Source: Dendrobates tinctorius (lineage: Eukaryota). From it: 64,000 bases of DNA. The notes beneath the pieces are model-generated. The model saw only the letters and a list, made by a program, of their open reading frames with translations. It did no database searches and had not been told where the DNA came from. Positions 35,846-48,350 of this stretch are shown here, in pieces; the first letter of the stretch is position 1, and each line of letters begins with the position of its first letter. The DNA lies in assembly GCF_039654945.1 (NCBI RefSeq), contig NW_027361802.1, forward strand, positions 17,236,001 to 17,300,000, written 5' to 3'. A program made the position numbers and the translations under genes.

Positions 35846-37803
35846 ATCATACCTGTCTCTCAACCCTAAACAGCTATTCAGTACTTCTTTCCTGCGTCCA
35901 ACAGTTCCCCCTCCCTCTACTCTCATTTGAATACTTTGCCTCACCACCTGTGAATGTGACACAATGACATCTCACCTCTTTCCAAACTTTACCACAGTCT
36001 TCATCACAAGTATAACCCACCTCTTCAATCTGTCACTAACAACAAGTGGCGTCTTCCATTCTGAATGAAACATACCTCGATCACACCTATCCTCAAAAAG
36101 CCAACCCTTGATCCATCCTCTGTGTCTTACTATCACCCTATATCATTTCTCCCATTTGCCACCAAACTACTGAAACAACATGTCCATTTTGAACTGTCCT
36201 CCCACCTCTCCTCTTGCTCCCTCTTTGACCGCATACAATCTGAATTCAGACAGCACCATTCCACTGAAACTGCCCTGACTACAGTCACCAACGACCTACT
36301 AACCCCCAAATAAAAGCGAAGCTAGTTTGTCATTCTCCTTCTTCTGGACCTTGCATCTGTCTTTGATACAATGGACCATTCCCCCTTACTGCAGATTTTC
36401 TGATCTGTTAACATTACTGACATGGCCCTTTGTTGGATCTCCTCATACCTAACAGACAGGACATTCAGTGTCTCCCACTCAGACACACTACTTCTTCATC
36501 TCACCCCTATGTATCAGTGTCCACCAAACTTCAGTTGTAGGATCTGGAACTATGCTTAGAGGACACACTCATCAGAGCTACTCCCAACCTATAGTTGAAC
36601 AACACCTTCTATTTAAGGCTTCTCCTCCAATATGGAGGTGCCTGAGCTACATTGTTAATTTGCCTTGCATGCTTGCTAGTTGTCAGGTTCCCCAGGTCCG
36701 TCTGTCTGCTTGGCGACCCGGTACCCATCTGCTATTACCAATCTGTGCCCGTCTGCTCGTACCTGTCTGCGCACTTCTGTCCAACAGCTGGTCCAGATCG
36801 TACTGGCCAGCACCCATTTGTCCTAACACCCCATCCAGACTGCACCTGCCAGTGCTTTTGTGTTCCTCAGTCTATCATATCTGCACCTGTGGTCCCAGAG
36901 TCCCTACAGTGCCTACCTGCATTTTTCATCCCTCCTTTGGGCTTTAGCAGCTGTAGGGGATCAACTGCCACATTCTGTAGGTCAGCCATGGAGTAGCACC
37001 TGGTATCACCTCTTTGTACATCCTTGTGTCGCAGTTTTTGCCTGCTGCCACTTGTCCGAGCAGGGATTTGGTTGGCCACTTAGTTACACCCCTTCCAGGC
37101 TTTCAGAGGGATACGGAACAGTGATTCAACCACATTGCCTGTTACAGCCTCCATCTGCTGGGTTGACTGTAGTGGAAGAGGTGTCAGTCCCCGCTGTACT
37201 AATTTTACTTTATTGCAATTGATGCCACTTTGTTGATGTCTGCCACTATTTTTTTTATATGGGTAGACTCCTGGTTGGGTCTCCTTCATGCATCTTGCCT
37301 GTAGCAGTAGGCCTCCGAGACTGTCAGGCCTCCACTTCCTTGCACTCAACTACCCATGTTACTATCCTTAAATTTTTCTGACAATGGTAGTCTACAAAAC
37401 TGATATTTGTGCAACCTGAGTGTGGCTCAGCATTAAAGCAGGTAGAATTGTTGCATGTGTTATCAGGGCTCCCAGCAAAGGGGCCCTACACTAATCCCTC
37501 ACCCACCTCAACTTACTGTGACGTTCATTGCAAAGCTGTAAATGCTGTTCAAGACCCTGATACCTCATGTCTGGCTGATTGCTACAGTTCCATGCTGAAA
37601 TTTGTGGGTGAACTGAAGCCACTTTCCTGGTGTCTGTCCCTCATTTGATGTGTTTTGGCAGCATTTGGGGCCATTATAAGGTGTTGTCCATGCGTTTGTT
37701 TTTGCCTCCCCTTGACTATAATGGTGTTCGGCTATGTCGGCGAATATTTGCAAATTTGGCTAACTTAATCCGAAACGAATATTGAAATATTCGCTCATCT
37801 CTA
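35846..37803 (+). mobile_element. Composite repeat copy B (L2 piece + LTR-like piece + hAT-like end)
   Basis: L2 RT remnant (KKPTLDP, HSTETAL) 35850-36520; same L2/LTR junction as at ~14380; terminal TTCGCTCATCTCTA. Confidence 0.6.
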
Positions 37804-38162
37804 ATTGTGACTAAAATATGGCTACAAAAGATTTTAAAATCATTGCATTCCTGTTTTCTTCATTTTTTACATGGTATTCCATCTTTTTTGGAATTGATGT
37901 CTGATATGACCATTGTCCTGTACTCAAGCATGGACTCCATAGCACTATTGCTGATCCTACACACTTCTCTTGGTCCTGCCTGGCACACATCCTTAATTTA
38001 AATGGGCAAAATTTTTAAGAAATATACCCTCTTACAGAAGGTTGCCTGGAAAGTGTTGCATCATTTCAACTGTTCTTACATGGCACTACTATGCATTACC
38101 ATCTTTGCAAAAACAGAGCAGTCTGCCAAAGCTCTGATTTTAGAAACCTTCGATGCTGCATA

Positions 38163-39768
38163 CAGTGGGGCAAAAAAGTATTTAGTCAGTCAGCAATAGT
38201 GCAAGTTCCACCACTTAAAAAGATGAGAGGCGTCTGTAATTTACATCATAGGTAGACCTCAACTATGGGAGACAAACTGAGAAAAAAAAATCCAGAAAAT
38301 CACATTGTCTGTTTTTTTTCATTTTATTTGCATATTATGGTGGAAAATAAGTATTTGGTCAGAAACAAAATTTCATCTCAATACTTTGTGATATATCCTT
38401 TGTTGGCAATGACAGAGGTCAAACGTTTTCTGTAAGTCTTCACAATGGTTGCCACACACTGTTGTTGGTATGTTGGCCCATTCCTCCATGCAGATCTCCT
38501 CTAGAGCAGTGATGTTTTTGGCTTTTCGCTTGGCAACACGGACTTTCAACTCCCTCCAAAGGTTGTCTATAGGGTTGAGATCTGGAGACTGGCTAGGCCA
38601 CTCCAGGACCTTGAAATGCTTCTTACGAAGCCACTCCTTCGTTGCCCTGGTGGTGTGCTTTGGATCATTGTCATGTTGAAAGACCCAGCCACGTTTCATC
38701 TTCAATGCCCTTGCTGATGGAAGGAGGTTTGCACTCAAAATCTCACGATACATGGCCCCATTCATTCTTTCATGTACCCGGATCAGTCGTCCTGGCCCCT
38801 TTGCAGAGAAACAGCCCCAAAGCATGATGTTTCCACCACCATGCTTTACAGTAGGTATGGTGTTTGATGGATGCAACTCAGTATTCTTTTTCCTCCAAAC
38901 ACGACAAGTTGTGTTTCTACCAAACAGTTCCAGTTTGGTTTCATCAGACCATAGGACATTCTCCCAAAACTCCTCTGGATCATCCAAATGCTCTCTAGCA
39001 AACTTCAGACGGGCCCGGACATGTACAGGCTTAAGCAGTGGGACACGTCTGGCACTGCAGGATTTGAGTCCATGGTGGCGTAGTGTGTTACTTATGGTAG
39101 GCCTTGTTACATTGGTCCCAGCTCTCTGCAGTTCATTCACTAGGTCCCCCCGCGTGGTTCTGGGATTTTTGCTCACCGTTCTTGTGATCATTCTGACCCC
39201 ACGGGGTGGGATTTTGCGTGGAGCACCAGATCGAGGGAGATTATCAGTGGTCTTGTATGTCTTCCATTTTCTAATTATTGCTCCCACAGTTGATTTCTTC
39301 ACTCCAAGCTGGTTGGCTATTGCAGATTCAGTCTTCCCAGCCTGGTGCAGGGCTACAATTTTGTTTCTGGTGTCCTTTGACAGCTCTTTGGTCTTCACCA
39401 TAGTGGAGTTTGGAGTCAGACTGTTTGAGGGTGTGCACAGGTGTCTTTTTATAGTGATAACAAGTTTAAACAGGTGCCATTACTACAGGTAATGAGTGGA
39501 GGAAAGAGGAGACTCTTAAAGAAGAAGTTACAGGTCTGTGAGAGCCAGAAATCTTGATTGCTTGTTTCTGACCAAATACTTATTTTCCACCATAATATGC
39601 AAATAAAATGAAAAAAAAACAGACAATGTGATTTTCTGGATTTTTTTTTCTCAGTTTGTCTCCCATAGTTGAGGTCTACCTATGATGTAAATTACAGACG
39701 CCTCTCATCTTTTTAAGTGGTGGAACTTGCACTATTGCTGACTGACTAAATACTTTTTTGCCCCACTG
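38163..39768 (-). mobile_element. Tc1-family transposon copy B, near-identical to 8926-10530, with both tips intact
   Basis: TA TSD (38161-38162, 39769-39770); CAGTGGGG...CCCCACTG ends. Confidence 0.97.
38373..39401 (-). pseudogene. Tc1 transposase with catalytic E>D and a +1 frameshift near the C-terminus
   Basis: PIDNLW versus PIENLW in copy A; 1-bp insertion ~38446 replaces LVKTYRKRL...TKY with an aberrant tail. Confidence 0.9.
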
Positions 39769-40512
39769 TATGTTAAGAGTGTCTGTATGAGAAGCTTGAA
39801 GCAATGATGGACTATATATATGGACTATATACTGTATATACATATAAAATGGACTATAAATGCAAAAGCCAAACTGAAGTGAAGGTTATGGTGGCAGCTG
39901 ATGTTGGTGGTGTGTCATCTATTGAAGAGGCTGCAAAATTTGTCAGTGGGGACAAGTGTGGACTTACCCTTTGTCTATGAAAAATCACAGTCCCACAAGA
40001 TCTATTTTGCATCCTGCAGAATTTGGAAGAGGAGTAGGTGAATGAATAGTGAAAAAACGCATAATTTTTGGATGTTTTGTAAAAAATTAAGACTTGTTCA
40101 TTTAGCAGAGAACAAAGCTCTTGACACTCCCCAAACATGGATAATGTTTGCACCACCCTTGTGAAAAAGCCATGACTTGTTCCATTTTCACTGTCTGTAT
40201 ATGCACAATAGAAAGTCAAGCTTAAAAAGGAATAGTTTTTGGACTGTTTTTACAAATAAGTAGTCCAAAAAGCCTAGTACAGCAGTGTGTAGTGAAAAAT
40301 GCTGTCGGTTACCACTGGTTACAATTCATTGTTCATTTTCAGATAAATAGAGGTCACTTGAATATTAACAATGTTGTGTTTACATTAATGAGTTCAACAT
40401 TTGTTCAATACACTCGTGTAAGACCTCAGTGTATACACATTTTAAGGGCAATTAGAGGCTTAGCAGTATTAAGAACAAATTCATTAAATGAAAATTGAAT
40501 TTTGGAAGGGAA

Positions 40513-41783
40513 TGTCATGGAGTGACTGACCGAGTGTGACATGACCCAACGGTTGGTCAGTCACCAAACAGCACAACACTCAAGGGAAAACCAGGGAAGC
40601 TATAACAACGGTTGGCCCTGTCGATAGGGAATGGGGAATGGACACTTCCTGAACTCTGAGCAGTAGGGAGATGTCATCAGGATCTTCATACACCAGCGCC
40701 AGAGCTGCAAAAAACTCGTATACCAACCGTAGAGATGGTGAACCCATCGGCAGGGAGAAGGCCGAGGTTTGCGGATCACCCTTAAGAAAGGATACAATGA
40801 TTCCCAACCGTTGTTCCACACTCCCTGATGAACGAGGTCGGAGCCTGAAATATAACTTGTAGGCTTCCTGAAAAAGCAAAAATGTATCTCTCCTTCCAGA
40901 AAACCTGTCATGGAGAGAGATTCTGGGTTCCGATAGAGACTGCAACTGAGCCGAGGCCCAGATCCCTGTGAACTGCTGCAGCTGCTCCACTACCTCACCA
41001 TGCAGCACCTTGAGCTCATCGGTGAGAGTCTGGAGCAGTTGGGCAAAGGCCTGCATCTGAGCCATGGCTCGCCAGAAAAAAAAAATATGGTCAGCGTTAA
41101 TATCAAGGAGTGACTGACTCAGTGTGACACAACCCAACAGTTGGTTGTTCAACAAACAGCACAACACTCAAGGGAACACCAGGGACTCTATAACAATAGT
41201 GGACCCTGTCGATAGGGAACAGGGGGATTGGACACCTCCTGCACTCACCTGAGGATGTGCCCTGATCTCACTATCGACCCTATATGAGTTCTTTCACCCC
41301 GTCGCTGAGCATGATTCCTAATCATTTACTTGCCCTGCTCTTATCCCTAAGCAGGGAGCTGGCAGGTGAGAGCACTGGTCCCACCGCTGCACTAATACAG
41401 CAAAAGGAATGGAAAGTCAGACACCAAAAGGGAAAACGTAACAAAAAATGCAACACTTAGCTTTCTGCTGCAAAGCACCACACAGCAGGATAAAGACACC
41501 TGATCAAAGTATTCAGCTGAAGCACCACTGCACCCATCCAGCTCCTTCCTCCAGTTTGGTCACTGTAGAAAACTCTAACACCGACAGTCAGCTGATGCAT
41601 CATGTGACCTCTTGAAGGATGGTGGGAGTGGTCATCACTCGCATCAGCAGGCCCAGCAGCAATGCAATTACACCAGTAGGCCAGTGGGGGGAAAACTGAC
41701 ATTAACCCCCAATGGCCTGAAAGGAAAAAATGTTTTAATTTGAGAAGCCAGATCTGCCACAGATCCAAAAATGGATCGTGACA
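40513..41783 (-). mobile_element. Internally deleted Gypsy element (5' LTR 41101-41783, gag start, ~140 bp of 3' LTR)
   Basis: 5-bp TSD GGGAA (40508-40512, 41784-41788); 40513-40655 repeats 41101-41245; gag fragment EPRISLHDRFSG...IIVSFLKG. Confidence 0.8.
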
Positions 41784-42644
41784 GGGAATTTCAGTGATGG
41801 CTGAAAATTCAACTTTCAAAAGATCTGATTGACTCTAAAACTGACCTATAGAATTACATTTTCAGATCACTTACACAATTAAATAAAAGTTGCAAAAGCA
41901 GAACTAGAGCAACATTAGTGGAATTATTGTTTTTTTCACCATTTCAACACTTTTTTCTAATTTTTCAGTACATTTCATGGTAAAGGTGTCACTCAAAAGG
42001 AAAACCTTTCCGGAAGAACAAAAACTCTCATATAGGTATGTTGGGAAAAGAAAAAAATATGGCTGTGGGAGGAAAAAAAAATTAAAGGTATATAAGATCA
42101 GTGGTGACATTTAAAAATGCCATTTGTGACAACCAAATAGTACATGAAAAATGATTAAAAAAAATTAAACAATGCAATGTTTTTATTTGGTTTCTTATAG
42201 CTTCATTTGGTAATAAAAGTTATGCAAGTAAATTATATGGATATTTATTATTTAACAGATTCACGTTCATTACACAGCTTCAGGGTTTCTTGTTTAACAA
42301 TTAAGTTAAAATGTCCATTTTAGATACAGTATATATTCAGCATATTGTACTACTGTACTGTATTTCCTATCTCTGTAGAGTGACTGAAGCCACTTATTTA
42401 CAGCATGGTAAGCATTTCTTGCTTTTTCCCCAGGGTCTGAATGTGCAGTGAACATTACATTACATATGAATTGCAAACAACAATGACATTTTCCTTCATG
42501 TAATAGGCTATAAATGTTAATACATTTAATGAGAGTTAATAATTATATTTCCAACTACACATAAAACAATGCCATTTTCAGTTACAGTGATATTGTATAC
42601 CACATTTTATTAGGCACATTTTTCTCAATACTATTTACCTACAT

Positions 42645-42804
42645 TGATCTTAGGTTTAAGTGTAATGTAATAGTAAAAAAAAATGTACTGCTCCTGTTTC
42701 TGTACCTTTACCCCTCAAATGTCTGATCTTAGGTTTAAGTGTAATGTAATAGTAAAAAAAAAATGTACTGCTCCTGTTTCTGTACCTTTACCCCTCAAAT
42801 GTCT
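42645..42804. repeat. Tandem duplication of ~79 bp
   Basis: TGATCTTAGGTTTAAGTG...CCCCTCAAATGTCT occurs twice, differing only in A-run length. Confidence 0.9.
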
Positions 42805-43052
42805 ATTCTGCATGATCTGAAATCTCATTCTCCCCAGGTATCAATATTGGACTTTTCTTTCCACTGACCATTCTGTTGACACATGTAGTAGGCACAGAAG
42901 CCATTGTGTAAGCATAATGTAATAATACACACAGTAACTAATAAAATGCTATTTTTCAGTTAGAATAGATGTAAATACTTATGTCCCCCCAAAAATTGAG
43001 AAAAGTATTCAAGGAGTAATACCTTTATTGGCTAACCAGAGAAATTATATTT

Positions 43053-43091
43053 ACAAGCTTTCAAGGCTCAGGATGCCCCTTCATCAGGCAT
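43053..43091 (-). ncRNA. Minimal hammerhead motif in the PLE-3 pLTR
   Basis: Minus strand ATGC-CTGATGA-AGGGGCATCCTGAGCCTT-GAAAGCTT-GT; palindromic AAGCTT helix III. Confidence 0.7.
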
Positions 43092-44207
43092 ACAGTATAC
43101 TGAGAAGACATGGCAACATTTATATAGGAATTATACAAGGATGAGATGCTTGAAAGATAGGCCAAGGAAATCAAATTAAGGTTTTGTTATACATGTAGAT
43201 GAAGAGGAAGTGTTCTATTAGACATCTGAAGATTCTCTTGTAAAGGTGTGAACTGGAAGTGTTCTGTCAGACATCAGGAGACCTTCTTGTGGAGGTGTGA
43301 ACTGTGTCCATGTAATGAGTCATGAATCCAGGTTTCAAATTCTGTCCTATTGTTAGAGATTGAAACATATGTATAAATTTGAACTCCCATATTTTCCTTT
43401 CTCTGTCACTATTGAAATGACCTTTCAGAATTATGACTTTTAGATCTACCACACTGTGTCCAGGTCTAGAGAAATGTATTCATACAGGTGTGTCCAACTC
43501 ATTTTTTATTGTGTGTCTATGCAGATTCATCCTTGTTTGAAGTTTTTGTTTAGTTTCTCCTATGTATGTCCCTGCATTGCACCTTGTACATTGTATCATG
43601 TACACGACATTGGAGGATGTACATGAATGTACATTTTCCTTAAGATGTTCATGTGGGGGTTGTATGTGACCACAAGAAGTACCCTGTTGTTGTCTTCTCT
43701 CAGCTTGTAATCCAGGAGGCTGTTTCTTGGGATCCTTGTAGCCCTGTGGATCTATTCATCTATTACCAATGGATTATACCCTTGCTGCAGGAATATATTC
43801 CTCAGTGATAGCAACTGTAGTTCCCTGTCTTTACTGTCTGAACAGATCCAAACATACCTAAGAGCTTGACTGTAGATGATTGATTTTTTTGTGTGTCTTG
43901 GATGAAAGCTGTTCCATCTAAAATATGCTGGACATCCTGTGGGCTTATGGTAAATTGATGTTTGTATGGCGTTGTCCTTGATGTATATGGTCATGTCCAG
44001 AAAATGTATTTGGAACTTTGAAAATTTGTAGGTGAGCTTGATGGTTGGGTGGTACTTGTTGAAGTTATTGTGGAAGGTGAGCAGATCATCTTGTGAGCAT
44101 GTGCAAATTATTAGCAGATCATCAATGTAGCGGAAGTATGCGAGAGGTTTAACAGAGCAAGATGACAAAAATTCCTCCTCCAGTTTCACCATAAATAAGT
44201 TAGCATA

Positions 44208-47200
44208 CACTGCGTGCAGAATTATTAGGCAAGTTGTATTTGAGAGGATTCTTTTTATTATTGAACAACAACTATGTTGTCAATCAACCCAAAAGACTCA
44301 TAAATATCAAAGCTTAATATTTTTGGAAGTTGGAGTGGGTTTTTTTTAGATTTGGCTATCTTAGGGGGATATCTGTTTCTTCAGGTAACTATTACTGTGC
44401 TGAATTTTTAGGCAACTTAATAAAAACCAAATATATACCCATCTCACTTGTTTATTTTCACCAGGTAAACCAATATAACAACACAAAATTTAGAAATAAA
44501 CATTTCAATCCCCTCATACCATGCACTGTTCTCCCTCCCCCAGTGCATCTAGCTCACTCTCTGATTTTGAACCAGTCACAGAAGAAGAAGTAAGCAGGCT
44601 CCTTGGATCTTCTTGCCCAACCACTTGCACCAGTGACCCATTTCCGTCACATCTACTCCAGCCCCTTTCCCCTGCTGTCACCCCTCACCTAACTAAAATA
44701 TTTAACCTCTCTCTTTCTTCTGGTATCTTTCCCTCCTCATTTAAGCATGCCGTCATACATCCACTACTTAAAAAACCATCCCTCGACCAAAACTGTGCCG
44801 CTAACTATAGACCTGTCTCTAATCTTCCCTTCATCTCTAAACTCCTGGAATGCCTGGCCCACTCCCGTCTTATCCGCTATCTCTTTGATAACCCTCTTCT
44901 CGACCCTCTCCAATCCGGTTTCCGCTCTTTACACTCTACTGAAACTGCACTCACTAAAGTCTCTAATGATCTACTAACAGCTAAATCAAATGGTCATTAC
45001 TCCATGCTAATTCTCTTGGATCTCTCTGCAGCATTCGACACTGTGGATCATCAGCTGCTCCTCACTATGCTCCATTCCATTGGCCTCAAGGACACCGTTC
45101 TCTCCTGGTTCTCCTCCTATCTCTCTGACAGCTCCTTTACTGTATCTTTTTCTGGCTCCTCCTCCTCTCACCTTCCCCTTACTGTTGGGGTTCCTCAAGG
45201 ATCAGTCCTAGGCCCCCTCCTATTCTCTTTGTATACTGCACCTATTGGTCAAACAATCAGTAGATTTGGTTTCCAGTACCATCTCTATGCTGATGACACC
45301 CAATTATACGCTTCTTCTCCTGACATCACGCCAGCCTTTCTAGAAAACACCGGCGATTGTCTAAACGCTGTGTCTAACATCATGTCCTCACTATATTTGA
45401 AACTGAACCTGTCAAAGACTGAACTCCTTGTGTTTCCTCCCGCTACTAATGTACCTATACCCGACATTGCCATTTCCGTGTGTGGTTCCACTATTACTCC
45501 CCAGCAACATGCCTGCTGTCTTGGGGTCATACTTGACTCCGAGCTCTCCTTTGTCCCCCACATATGATCACTGGCTCGCTCTTGTTATCTGCACCTCAAA
45601 AACATTTCTAGAATGCGACCTTTTCTTACTTTTGACTACGCAAAAACTCTGACTGTTTCTCTTATTCATTCTCATCTCGACTATTGTAACTCCCTTCTAA
45701 TCAGTCTCCCTCTTACCAAACTCTCCCCCCTCCAATCTGTCTTGAATGCTGCTGCCAGGATCATATTCCACGCCAATCGTTACACCGATGCCTCTACCTT
45801 GTGCCAGTCACTACACAGGCTACTCATCCACTCCAGAATCCAGTACAAACTTATTACCCTCACCCACAAAGCTCTTCATGGCTCAGCACCACCCTACATC
45901 TCCTCCCTTGTTTCAGTATACCATCCTACCCGCGCCCTCCGTTCTGCTGATGACCTGAGGTTAGCATCCTCAATAATCAGAACCTCCCACTCTCGTCTCC
46001 AAGACTTTACACGTGCTGCGCCAATTCTTTGGAATGCACTTCCCAGGTCAATACGAGTAGTCCCCAATCCCCACAATTTTAAGCGTTCCCTGAAAATGCA
46101 TTTATTTAGACTGGCCTATCGCCTCAACACATTAACCTAATCTATCCCTGTGTGGCACAGCCAAAAGTTTTACCATAACCAGGTTCCCCGCATCATGTTC
46201 CCACATGCTTTATGCATCCATTAGCCCTCTGTGTCTGTACTGTTACACACTTAACATTATGGTTGGTCCATACAATCAGGGCAACTGTTACCACCCACCT
46301 TTCGTGTCTCCCCTTTTTTCCTCATAGATTGTAAGCTTGCGAGCAGGGCCCTCATTCCTCTTGGTATTTGTTATAATCTATGTGATTATTGTTATGCTGT
46401 AATGTCTATTGTCTGTACAAGTCCCCTCTGTAATGTAAAGTGCTGCGTAATATGTCGGCGCTACAGAAATAAAATTTATTATTATTATTATTTCAACATT
46501 CAAAAACAAAAAAATCAGTGACTAATATAGCCACCTTTCTTTACTATGACACTCAAAAGCCTCCCATCCATTGATTCTATCAGTTGCTTGATCTGTTTAC
46601 GATCAACATTGCATGCAGCAGCCACCACAGCCTCCCAGACACTCTTCCGAGAGGTGTACTGTTTTCCCTCCCTGTAGATCTCACATTTTATGAGGAACCA
46701 CAGGTTCTCTATGGGGTTCAGATCAGGTGAACAAGGGGGCCATGTCATTATTTTTTCTTCTTTTAGAGCTTTTACTGGCCAGCCACGCTGTGGAGTATTT
46801 GGATGTATGTGATGGAGCATTGTCCTGCATGAAAATCATGCTTTTCTTGAACAATACTGACTTCTTCCTGTACCACTACTTGAAGAAGGTGTCTTCCAGA
46901 AACTGGCAGTAGGTCTGGGAGTTGAGCTTCACTCCATCCTCAACCCGAAAAGGTCCCACAAGTTCATCTTTGATGATACCAACCCATACCAGTACCCCAC
47001 CTCCACCTTGCTGGCATCTGAGTCGGAGTGGAGCTCTCTTCCCTATACTGATCCAGCCTTGGGCCCATCCATCTGGCCCATCTAGAGTCACTCTCATTTC
47101 ATCAGTCCATAAAAGCTTAGAAAAATCAGTCTTAAGATATTTCTTGGCCCAGTCTTGACATTTTATCTTATGTTTCTTGTTCAAAGGTGGTCATTTTTCA

Positions 47201-47746
47201 GCCTTCCTTACCTTGGCCATGTCCCTGAGTGTGGCACACCTTGTGCTTTTTGATACTCCAGTAACGTTGCAGCTCTGAAATATGGCAAAACTGGTGGCAA
47301 ATGGCATATTGGCAGCTTGATGCTTGATTTTCCTAAATTCATGGGCAGTTATTTTGCGCCTTTTTTATCAACATGCTTCAAGCGACCCTGTTGGCTATTT
47401 GCCATGAAACGCTTGATTGTTTGGTGATCACGCTTCAAAAGTTTGGAAATTTCAAGACTGCTGCATCCCTCTGCAAGACATCTCACAATATTTGACTTTT
47501 CAGAGTCAGTCAAATCTTTCTTCTGATCCATTTTGCCAAAGGAAAGGAAGTTGCCTAATTAAGCACACCTTATATAGGGTGTTGATGTCATTAGACCACA
47601 CCCCTCCTCATTACAGAGATGCAAATCACCTGATTTACATAATTGGCAGTTGGCTTTCAAGCCTATACAGCTTGCAGTAGGACAACATGTGTAAGAAGGA
47701 TGATATGATCAAAATACTCATTTTCCTAATAATTCTGCACACAGTG
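44208..47746 (-). mobile_element. Tc1-family DD37E (TRT-type) transposon, decayed, with nested L2
   Basis: TA TSD; TIR CACTGCGTGCAGAATTATTAGG / CCTAATAATTCTGCACACAGTG; WTDEMR, QDNAPSH...PDLNPIE with 37 residues once one frameshift is repaired. Confidence 0.85.
44505..46490 (+). mobile_element. 5'-truncated L2 LINE (RT 44521-45567, stop, then 45613-46140)
   Basis: [45 protein letters not shown]; 3' AATAAA and (TTA)n tail. Confidence 0.92.
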
Positions 47747-48312
47747 TATTGTGGGGACATTTTGCTTCCCATGGCGCTGCCCATAAACTGTTGGAATAAA
47801 TTGTTCCCAAAGGAAAAATAGTTGTGATGGAGCACAAAACTTATAAATTGCGGTGTTGGTTCTTTGGCTAGATTGTTTTTTGAAGGAAATATTTGCATGC
47901 TGCAATTCAATCCTATTGAGGAATTTTGGACTAGAGAGACTCTACATCCATGATGGCTAGCATCATGTCCTCTGGAAGTGGGCCCAGCGCTGACAATTTG
48001 CAAAGAATATCCGTGGATGACAGAGAAAGAAAAATTTGGGAATTCAAAATGATAAAGATGTTCAATTTCTAGGACTCAATTTAACACATGGATTCATGAC
48101 TCATTACATGGATACAATTCACACCTCCACCAGACGGACTCCAGATAACTAAGAACATCATTCCCATTGCCTCTCCATTTGTAAGAAAATGCCTAATTTG
48201 ATTTCCTTGGTTTATTTTTAGAAGGCATCACACCTCCCACCTCCTGAACAAATGTGCTACTGTAGTATCCCTTAAATGTTGTGCCTTTTTCTTATTAATC
48301 TATTTCTAATCA

Positions 48313-48350
48313 TGCTTGAAGAAGGAGCCTCTGTGCTGTGAAAGCTTGCA
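48313..48350 (+). ncRNA. Degenerate minimal hammerhead motif in the PLE-3 plus-arm pLTR
   Basis: TGC-TTGAAGA-AGGAGCCTCTGTGCTGT-GAAAGCTT-GCA, followed by CCAATAAAGG. Confidence 0.55.

Larger units (their letters stand above)
37960..40200 (+). pseudogene. Highly decayed hAT transposase fragment interrupted by Tc1 copy B
   Basis: TGCCTGGCACACATCCTTAATTTA encodes CLAHILNL; the LH|ML motif spans the Tc1 TA site. Confidence 0.45.

Noticed and set aside
8926-39768. Composite transposon or inversion bounded by the two Tc1 copies
   Set aside because: Each copy's flanks rejoin to its own host element (PLE and hAT relic), so they are independent insertions.
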